Shown: positions 57,364 through 64,000 of the stretch, in pieces
How positions within the stretch are numbered: position 1 is the first letter of the stretch
Layout of the letters: the number at the start of each line of letters is the position of its first letter
From: an uncultured bacterium
Lineage (GTDB): Bacteria > Fermentibacterota > Fermentibacteria > Fermentibacterales > JCC-6
DNA length: 64,000 nt
Reading direction: 5' to 3'
Assembly (NCBI GenBank): GCA_964624405.1
Contig: CAZUXA010000008.1
Span: 25,078 to 89,077, forward strand
The notes under the pieces: model-generated
Seen by the model: only the letters and a program-made list of their open reading frames with translations
Databases searched by the model: none
What the model was told of the DNA's origin: nothing
Translations under genes and position numbers: made by a program

Positions 57364-57774
57364 AAGCTCCTTGGAACATCCGGTTGATGGAGCCTGGTAC
57401 GCCCGTCTTCCGTTCAGTCGAACCTTTTCCGGTGAAACATACGCTCTGATTCTTCCCCGACCCGATGTGATGGTGAAGCCGAAATCACCTCGGGGGCCGT
57501 TGCGTAACCCGCTCATCTTCGCCCGGGAACTCCATGAGGAAATGCTCCGGCATAACCTCAAGAGGGTGCAGATTGGGCAAAGACATGGCGTACCTCGGGC
57601 AGGATCACCCAGTGGCTCTGCCTGCTGAAGCTGCCGGATGAAAAGCAGAGGGAGGTTTAAACCCTGGAGGACCACTGGGACCGAAGGGTGGTGACGGAGC
57701 GGGGGTTGAGGAAGTAGGCCATAAATGCGGAATGATTTGAATAAGGAGAGAGATGTGAGCCATGATGACAGGTA

Positions 57775-57812
57775 TTGACACTCCCCCCCCCCCCCTATTT
57801 ATTCTATTGACC
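57775..57812 (+). promoter_or_regulatory. putative promoter: perfect -35 TTGACA followed by a spacer that is mostly a C13 homopolymer (57783-57795), then an AT-rich -10-like TATTTATTCTA
   Basis: The hexamer and homopolymer are seen directly. They lie about 100 nt upstream of the island operon ATG 57897. Confidence 0.4.
57783..57795. repeat. poly(C)13 homopolymeric tract (candidate slipped-strand phase-variation site)
   Basis: Thirteen consecutive C residues are counted in the sequence. Confidence 0.9.
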
Positions 57813-57896
57813 AGGCATAACAAAAGTGTCTTTTGATAAGGAATCCTATTACATGTTCTCAGTCTCGTGACAGGGCTGTTGAACGCAGGAGGGAAA

Positions 57897-59069
57897 ATGG
57901 TTTTCGTGATCCTTGCTCTGACGGTGCTGATGGTTTCTACTCCATCACCCAGAGAACTATCGGAAAGAACTGAACCCTGGGTACGGGAAGATGTCACAAT
58001 CACCTCGGTATCCGAGTTCCACACCTCCGACTTCCTCCGTGAGGGGGAAAGGGTTCACCTCCTTCACCACGCCTTCCTCGATGACGAGAACGAAACACTC
58101 CGCACCGTTGTCTGCACTGACACGCGGGTGATCGTGCTGGAAGAGGGTTTGGTGCAGAGAGAGATAGTTCTGGAGCACACGATCAATCATGCCAATATAT
58201 CCCCAATGGGAATGTTTCTGGTTTCCCATCGAGACATGGATGCTCCTTCAAGTGCTCGATCCCTTAGGGTTGATACCGAGACGGGGGAACAGATCCATTT
58301 CACCACTCACCCCGGGCGGGAAATGCAGGTCAATGAACCATGGACATGGCCACAGGATGACGGTTCGCTGGTAACTAGACTGGGAAGCTACCTATGGTTT
58401 TTTGATACTGATCTAAACCCTGCGCAAGAACTCCGTGTCTCACCTTGGGGTTCCGATGTATGGGCTGCAAGAAACACAGACATTGTTTTTGTTTCCGGCA
58501 CAACACTGTCGGCTTACAACCGTCGTGGCGAACTTCTATGGACCATCTCCGATGAGTACAATCGGGCCAGGGTCAACAGTGCAGCGATTTCTGATGACGG
58601 CAGCCTCGTGGGGCTAGCATCGCGTGATGGGGCATTCCTTTTTGACGGAACTACAGGAACCGTCGTCGCGGAGTACTTCACAACCGGGAATACTGGCTTT
58701 GGTGTTGGTCAGATCATCTTAAGCCCTTTGGGAAAAAGATTTCTTGTTATACGGTTAGACGATCGAGTTATCGTATCATCGGGTTGTCTGGAAACAGGAG
58801 AGCAATACTCCTTTGCTTTGGGTGCCCGTGTTCGAGCCATACTGGATTGCGGGATCGCGCTTCTGGATTCCATGGTATTGGATTCACACCTCAATCCGTA
58901 CTACGTTCCGGGCAGGCATATCTACGCGATCTCCTCTTCAGGGAGAAGACTTGTCCAGGCTTCCGAGTGGTTCCCGACGCACCCTAACTCTGCCTTCGCT
59001 GCTACTGGTATACAGAGCGTTCTGCCTGCTGGATTCCAGGTTATGGAGCTTCAGGCAGGAGGCAACTGA
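57897..59069 (+). CDS. secreted PQQ/WD-like beta-propeller protein (start ATG 57897, AGGAGGG RBS)
   Basis: A signal peptide is present, with repeated ...GELLWT.../...DGSLVG...DG... blade-like motifs. It is translationally coupled to the next gene by an ATGA-type overlap. Confidence 0.55.
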   Translation: MVFVILALTVLMVSTPSPRELSERTEPWVREDVTITSVSEFHTSDFLREGERVHLLHHAFLDDENETLRTVVCTDTRVIVLEEGLVQREIVLEHTINHANISPMGMFLVSHRDMDAPSSARSLRVDTETGEQIHFTTHPGREMQVNEPWTWPQDDGSLVTRLGSYLWFFDTDLNPAQELRVSPWGSDVWAARNTDIVFVSGTTLSAYNRRGELLWTISDEYNRARVNSAAISDDGSLVGLASRDGAFLFDGTTGTVVAEYFTTGNTGFGVGQIILSPLGKRFLVIRLDDRVIVSSGCLETGEQYSFALGARVRAILDCGIALLDSMVLDSHLNPYYVPGRHIYAISSSGRRLVQASEWFPTHPNSAFAATGIQSVLPAGFQVMELQAGGN

Positions 59070-59071
59070 TC

Positions 59072-61813
59072 ATGAAGAAGACTGCCTTCACTTTCTACTG
59101 CTGCCTGATCGGGATGCTTGGCTCCGGTGCTGCAACAAGTGATCCATTCGACTACAACCCTGGCTTCATCCGATTCCCTTTTGCTCGAAGTGGTTCTGAC
59201 TTCACTAACACCTGCAAGGGATATGGCGACAACAATATGGGTTTTGGTCTGAAGCTCTTCCACGCTGGCGTGGACTTCCAGGCAGAAGACACAACGGAGT
59301 ATGTCAGAACACCTTTCGACCCCGCTTATGTCATTCGTGCAGATTCAGATAGTCTTCAGCTTGACTGGCGTGTTATCTTCGGTCTTTCCGCCAACGCAGA
59401 AACGGGATGGGGATATCACCACCTTTATCGTCCCCAAGGATTTGCTGTAACCGACTCATTTACAGGCCTTGTTTCACCCGTAGTCGTAACGCCGGATCTT
59501 GGTCCTCATGTGCACATTGACTGGTGCATTAACTTGAATAGTATCTATGTGGAGGGTAATCTTATCGTATACGACAGCTACATCAATCCCCTTGACTACT
59601 TTCTGAACAAGCCTTCGAACTATGACCATCCTGAGCTTGGAGAGGTTTCAGGCTCTTCGACCGGGCTACGAATACAGAATACACAGGGCTTTTTGCCGGA
59701 CACAGCTGTTTTCGGCCAGGTTCATTTTGTGGCTCGTCCGGTTTCTGCTCCGGACTATGGTTCAACATCAGATTCCGTCGGAGTCAGATACCTTCGGCAC
59801 AGGGTGCTCAGGCAGGATCCTTACACCGGCGAGTATGCTCCTCTTCCATGGTACGACTGGCGAACACTGTTCAGTATGAACGGGTTCATCCCTTTTCAGG
59901 GTGATGAGTTCTTTGATTTCGTATACGCCACAACTTCAGGCCACTATCACAGCGAATACCTCCTTAACAACTGCGGCACCACCCCAGTTGGTCTGAACGC
60001 TGATTCTGCCTTCAACAATGTCTGGACTGCCGGGTACGATCGCGCGCAGGACTGGGCTGATGGTGTGTTCTGCCGGGGAGCCTTCGATACGAGGCTGGGA
60101 ACTAGTACTTACAACCAGCAGAGCTGCGACAACAGCAACGCCTTGATCCCCGACGGCCGCTACTGCGTTGAGATGGAGGCGTACTCACATGGAAACTCGC
60201 AAGCGCAGACATGGAGGCTCCCTGTGCTTGATGTGGCAGCCGAGAACCTGTCGCCTGGCGACTCGTCAAATGTACGAGGGTTCATCGTGGACAACTTTGC
60301 TCCCCATGTTGCCTCTCTTCTCGTTTACTTGCCTGTGGAACCCGGTTCTCCCGACACTATCTACAACGCTGAGTGGATTCTGTCCCCATCCATGGACCAA
60401 CGACACCTCGCTGGAGGAGATCTTGCGATGTACCTCAGTGAATCCCAAGAGCAATGGGTTGGTGTTGCTGTGCTCTTCTCGGAAACGATGGCTTCTTTGC
60501 CTGACATTTGGATAAGCGGAGAATGGGGAGGTCAGATACGATGGACTTCAGCTAACCTCACCGCGACAGAGTGGGACTATGACAACTTGGGAGAACCTCC
60601 TTCTGCGCCTCCTGGCCATTCCTGGCAGTCTTACAGGACAGATTCCGGAATTACGACCTACCATGGAGCCCTAAGACTGAACATTCAAGGGGGAGCAGAC
60701 CTCTCAGGAAACAGCATTGACGCCAACCCGGCAACAATTGCGGTCCGTGATGCTAACGGCAACTTCTCCGGTTATGAACAAGGCACTGATAACGGATACA
60801 TCTGGGGCACAACCATCCCGATTTGGTCTAAAAATAGCTCAGATCTAACAAAAGTGGAAAGCTACAATACTCGATACGGGTTTCTTGAGGCTACGATCAG
60901 CTATTTCTTCGGTCAGTACAAAATACTCGCTGGGGCTATACCTATCACTCAATACAGCAGTTGCCCCTACTGGCATGGCTTCTGGATGATGAGGAATCAA
61001 AGTTCACAGCCCCCCTCCATGACTTCACCGCGAGTGTGTATAATCGATTTTAATGGAACAGTTGTTCGAACTTTTCTTTTGGGTAATGCGCACACGCTCT
61101 ATCCAGTAAGTATCGATTCTGAGAACTCCTCCCATATTGATGTGCATCTACAGACAGGCAGTGTTGAAGATGGAACTTTCGGCGACTACCTCTGGGTTTC
61201 AATAACAAATTACGAACCAAGTATGGTGTTCTGGGGAGCGTACTATGTAACTTTTCTAAAATGCTTCACCGCACAGGGGTTGACCAGTCATCACCACATA
61301 TCGAAGGGGTTTGCTTACTTTCGTGATTCAAATGAGATCGTGTTCTACGACTCATTACGGTCAGTTTCTACCAATGGAAGCTCTTGTATTTATGACTGGA
61401 TTGAGCAAAACCCCAACGAACCTTACAACATCCATGGAAGCTACAATGGTAGTTACTTCAATTTCAGCCCCCCCGGAATTGGCACCGGAGATACCGATCC
61501 GGTCAGATCAAGCCGTCAAGACTCTGGTATTGCTGATGCTTCGGAAGTTCCTTCTGTTGCCTTCGGTCTTTCGATCAATCGGAATCCAGTCTCTTCGGAG
61601 TTGATGCTCCGGATCAGTCTGGAGCGTTCTGGTCCTGTTGAAGTGTTCATCTATGACATTGCAGGCAGAACAGTGCTGAAGGCTCTCGAGGAGGACTTGT
61701 CCGCAGGAGTACACAGCCTGACTGTGCCGGTTCATCTTCCCGGCGGCATCTACTTCTGCAGGCTCCGTTCCGGGTCCGACATCGCCTCGGAGAAACTGGT
61801 GATCCTTCGATAG
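59072..61813 (+). CDS. large secreted protein with an N-terminal M23 (lysostaphin/LytM-like) peptidase domain, central W/Y/G/N-rich region, and a T9SS C-terminal sorting domain
   Basis: The M23 motifs HAGVDF (H-x-x-x-D, aa about 64) and HVH (aa about 146) are present. Their spacing is lysostaphin-like (..GVDF..TEYVRTPFDPAYVI..GWGYHHLY..GPHVHIDW). The C-terminal segment is NPVSSELMLRISL...VFIYDIAGRTV...GIYFCRL. Confidence 0.6.
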   Translation: MKKTAFTFYCCLIGMLGSGAATSDPFDYNPGFIRFPFARSGSDFTNTCKGYGDNNMGFGLKLFHAGVDFQAEDTTEYVRTPFDPAYVIRADSDSLQLDWRVIFGLSANAETGWGYHHLYRPQGFAVTDSFTGLVSPVVVTPDLGPHVHIDWCINLNSIYVEGNLIVYDSYINPLDYFLNKPSNYDHPELGEVSGSSTGLRIQNTQGFLPDTAVFGQVHFVARPVSAPDYGSTSDSVGVRYLRHRVLRQDPYTGEYAPLPWYDWRTLFSMNGFIPFQGDEFFDFVYATTSGHYHSEYLLNNCGTTPVGLNADSAFNNVWTAGYDRAQDWADGVFCRGAFDTRLGTSTYNQQSCDNSNALIPDGRYCVEMEAYSHGNSQAQTWRLPVLDVAAENLSPGDSSNVRGFIVDNFAPHVASLLVYLPVEPGSPDTIYNAEWILSPSMDQRHLAGGDLAMYLSESQEQWVGVAVLFSETMASLPDIWISGEWGGQIRWTSANLTATEWDYDNLGEPPSAPPGHSWQSYRTDSGITTYHGALRLNIQGGADLSGNSIDANPATIAVRDANGNFSGYEQGTDNGYIWGTTIPIWSKNSSDLTKVESYNTRYGFLEATISYFFGQYKILAGAIPITQYSSCPYWHGFWMMRNQSSQPPSMTSPRVCIIDFNGTVVRTFLLGNAHTLYPVSIDSENSSHIDVHLQTGSVEDGTFGDYLWVSITNYEPSMVFWGAYYVTFLKCFTAQGLTSHHHISKGFAYFRDSNEIVFYDSLRSVSTNGSSCIYDWIEQNPNEPYNIHGSYNGSYFNFSPPGIGTGDTDPVRSSRQDSGIADASEVPSVAFGLSINRNPVSSELMLRISLERSGPVEVFIYDIAGRTVLKALEEDLSAGVHSLTVPVHLPGGIYFCRLRSGSDIASEKLVILR

Positions 61814-61980
61814 GTACTGAAACCCTCCGGCTCCACACCCGAGCGATCGGAGGACATCCGATGACGAATATGTTCTCTGTCAGCCACCGAGATCCCGATG
61901 CGCAGAGTGCAGTCCGTACGAGTGTTGTTGGAACGATGGTGAAGTCGATTCATGGTATGACAGGTGGCTCTTCATCATAT

Positions 61981-61994
61981 GGGGGGTGCCCCCC
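61981..61994. terminator. GGGGGG-tg-CCCCCC hairpin between the island operon end and tRNA-Glu
   Basis: An inverted G6/C6 repeat is present. The loop is short, so function is uncertain. Confidence 0.3.
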
Positions 61995-62016
61995 TTAATG
62001 GTGTTGAGCGTGAAAG

Positions 62017-62092
62017 TGGCGCTCCCAAGGGGACTCGAACCCCTGTTTCCGGCGTGAGAGGCCAGCGTCCTAGGCCACTAGACGATGGGAGC
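62017..62092 (-). tRNA. tRNA-Glu (anticodon CUC), CCA encoded
   Basis: The reverse complement folds as a canonical cloverleaf. The 7-bp acceptor is GCTCCCA/TGGGAGC, the anticodon stem-loop is CUGGC-CUCUCAC-GCCGG, and the T-arm is AGGGG-TTCGAGT-CCCCT. The overall sequence is close to bacterial tRNA-Glu. Confidence 0.85.
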
Positions 62093-62127
62093 GCGGAGCG
62101 GCAATATCGGTTTGGAGCCCTGGTTCG

Positions 62128-63582
62128 TCAACCCCGGCCGTGCTTCTTCTCCAATGCCTTCAGCTTCTTGCCGGACATTCCCCCCAGTGCTTCAATGGCG
62201 GCCATGATTCGCCTTCTCGCGAGGTCGGAACCCAGCAGTTCCATCCCCGCGTAAAGGGGCGGCCCCACCCTGGCACCGGTCATTGCGGTGTAGAACGGGG
62301 CTGTGAAGTCTTTGGTTTTAACGCCGAACTCCCGGGAAAGCTCATCGAAAACGGCTCTTACCGCTTCTTCGGTCCACTCCTTCAACTCCTCCAACCGCCA
62401 GAGGGACACCTGAAGCACTTCCTTCACGCCGTCGTCGTCCATGCCCTTCAGTGTCAGCAATTCCGCAGACGGACCCACGGAATCCGAGAAGAACATGGAG
62501 GACATCCGGCCCCAGTCACCCAGGGTTTCCATCCTGCTTCCCACCACGGCCAGCACTCTTTTCAGATGGCTCCCGTTAAGTTTCCAATCCTCGAGAACAG
62601 GAAGAAGGGTATCCGGCGTGTAGTTTTCCCTTAGGTACCTGGCGTTGAGCCAGCGCAGCTTGTCAAGGTCGAAAACCGGCCCGCCCAGCCTGATGTCCGA
62701 GAGCTGAAAGTGGTGGAGCATCTCCTGGAAGGTGAACTTCTCCGAACCGTCGGGCATGCTCCAGCCCATCATCCCCAGATAATTGACCAGCGCTTCCGGC
62801 AGAAAACCCGCCTGCCGGTAATACTGGATGGAAGTCGGGTTTCTCCTCTTGCTCAGTTTGCTCTTGTCCGGGTTTCTGAGCAGGGGCAGGTGGCAGAACA
62901 CCGGTGGTTCCCACCCGAACATCTCATACAGCAGAACATGCTTCGGCACGGAGTTGATCCACTCCTCCCCCCGGATGATGTGGGTTATCTCCATAAGGTG
63001 GTCGTCCACCACCACCGCCAGGTGGTATGTGGGATAGCCGTCGCTTTTCATTATGACCTGGTCGTCCACGGAGGCCCAGTCTTTTCTTATCTCGCCCCGG
63101 AGCAGATCCTTAAACACGCATTCCCCCTCCAGGGGAGCCTTCATTCTCACCACGAAGGGTTCGCGCCTCATGGTCCGGTCCGCGGCTTCATCGGCGGAAA
63201 GCTGACGGCACAGCCTGTCGTATCCCCGGTTGGAATCACCGCTGGCGGCCTGATCCATCCTCACCGCTTCCAGCCTCTCCCGGGTGCAGAAGCAGGGGTA
63301 GGCGTGGCCTTTTTCGATCAGCTGTTCAACATGCTTCCGGTAGATGTCAAGCCGTTCACTCTGCCTGAACGGACCCTTGTCCCATGTGAGGCCCAGCCAC
63401 TGAAGGCATTCCAGTATGGCTCTTTCATGCACGGGGTCGGATCGCTCCCTGTCGGTATCCTCGATCCGAAGAATGAACTCTCCGCCGTTCTTAACAGCCC
63501 ACAGCTTTCCAAACAGAGCCTGGTAGGCCGTTCCCACATGGGGGTCGCCGGTGGGTGATGGAGCAAGCCTTGTTCTGACCAT
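62128..63582 (-). CDS. gltX: glutamate--tRNA ligase (start at MVRTRLAPSPTG)
   Basis: HIGH (PHVGT) and KMSKS-like (KLSKR) motifs and the GluRS catalytic core are present. Confidence 0.9.
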   Translation of the reverse strand: MVRTRLAPSPTGDPHVGTAYQALFGKLWAVKNGGEFILRIEDTDRERSDPVHERAILECLQWLGLTWDKGPFRQSERLDIYRKHVEQLIEKGHAYPCFCTRERLEAVRMDQAASGDSNRGYDRLCRQLSADEAADRTMRREPFVVRMKAPLEGECVFKDLLRGEIRKDWASVDDQVIMKSDGYPTYHLAVVVDDHLMEITHIIRGEEWINSVPKHVLLYEMFGWEPPVFCHLPLLRNPDKSKLSKRRNPTSIQYYRQAGFLPEALVNYLGMMGWSMPDGSEKFTFQEMLHHFQLSDIRLGGPVFDLDKLRWLNARYLRENYTPDTLLPVLEDWKLNGSHLKRVLAVVGSRMETLGDWGRMSSMFFSDSVGPSAELLTLKGMDDDGVKEVLQVSLWRLEELKEWTEEAVRAVFDELSREFGVKTKDFTAPFYTAMTGARVGPPLYAGMELLGSDLARRRIMAAIEALGGMSGKKLKALEKKHGRG

Positions 63583-63655
63583 GATAAAGTCTCCGCCTTT
63601 CCATGCGAAGAAATATAGCCTTTTCACCCCCGGGTCGGAGCGTGATATTCAGTGG

Positions 63656-63949
63656 ATGCGGCTCAAGGAAGGAGACGGCGTGAAAATCAGGGTCAGAAAA
63701 CCAACACAAGCCGAGCTGGATTCCATGGGAGTCCTGTCATGGCCGATCTGGGAGAAGGAAGTGTCAACCTTCCCCTGGGTTTACGACATGAGCGAAACCT
63801 GCTTCCTTCTCGAGGGAAGGGTTACGGTCACCACCGATGACGGCTTGTCCGTGGCCTTTGGAGAGGGTGACCTGGTTACCTTCCCCGAAGGTTTGAGCTG
63901 CACCTGGAACATTCATTCGCCGGTGCGGAAGCACTACTCGTTCGGCTGA
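63656..63949 (+). CDS. DUF861/cupin_3 family small cupin protein
   Basis: The pattern ...ETCFLLEGRVTVTTDDG...FPEGLSCTWNIHSPVRKHY is cupin_3-like. Confidence 0.65.
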   Translation: MRLKEGDGVKIRVRKPTQAELDSMGVLSWPIWEKEVSTFPWVYDMSETCFLLEGRVTVTTDDGLSVAFGEGDLVTFPEGLSCTWNIHSPVRKHYSFG

Positions 63950-64000
63950 GGGGAGGTTGCGTGGAGGACTTTCCGGCGGCTCCGTATGACACAACCAGCA

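Larger units (their letters stand above)
57700..62016. other. low-GC islet (about 48% vs 62-68% flanking) ending at the 3-prime end of tRNA-Glu. It is a candidate horizontally acquired island, with no integrase and no att repeat seen.
   Basis: The GC drop was hand-counted on sampled lines. The tRNA-adjacent position is visible, and no direct repeat of the tRNA 3-prime end was found at the left edge. Confidence 0.45.

Noticed and set aside
57600-57900. att-type direct repeat of the tRNA-Glu 3-prime end at the left islet boundary
   Set aside because: By-eye comparison of the tRNA 3-prime 20-25 nt with 57.6-57.9 kb found no match of 12 nt or more, so a tRNA-targeted integration event is not demonstrated.
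1-64000. CRISPR arrays, rRNA, insertion sequences and integrases
   Set aside because: No regularly spaced direct repeats, no rRNA-like conserved stretches and no transposase or integrase-like ORFs were seen. The only tandem repeat is a 2-copy in-frame 21-mer.

Overview
The window is a high-GC (about 60-68%) bacterial chromosomal segment with Shine-Dalgarno-type ribosome-binding sites. Three of its secreted proteins end in Por/T9SS-type C-terminal sorting domains, which points to an FCB-superphylum-like organism. Most of it is a housekeeping core. On the minus strand a tight operon runs phoH, a 7TM-HD membrane protein, ybeY, a CorC-type CBS transporter, recO, glyQS and valS. On the plus strand rho, rpmE, a DUF1385 protein, prfA, prmC, ispG and glnA follow. 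Two large paralogous PAS-rich hybrid histidine kinases sit on the minus strand (one partial at 1-2724, one at 48020-51370). Other calls include nth, rnd, tadA, pepP, hsp20, tldD/pmbA, htrA, a TetR regulator beside a TonB-dependent receptor and a DASS transporter, and gltX immediately followed by tRNA-Glu(CUC). The accessory content is concentrated in four places. First, an islet of about 4.3 kb and about 48% GC (roughly 57.7-62.0 kb) abuts the 3-prime end of tRNA-Glu. It carries a two-gene operon: a secreted beta-propeller protein and a 913-aa protein with an N-terminal lysostaphin-like M23 peptidase domain and a T9SS C-terminal domain. A C13 homopolymer sits in the spacer of a putative promoter upstream of that operon. 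Second, an envelope/secretome cluster (40.4-48.0 kb) holds a T9SS-sorted S8 subtilase, paralogous NHL-propeller lipoproteins, and two small secreted proteins sharing an unusual C-terminal [ST]WGAIK tail. Third, a GH85 endo-beta-N-acetylglucosaminidase carries a T9SS tail. Fourth, a membrane GAF protein has a degenerate GGDEF domain. No CRISPR array, rRNA, transposase or integrase was seen. All calls rest on reading the six-frame translations and motifs by eye, without database searches.
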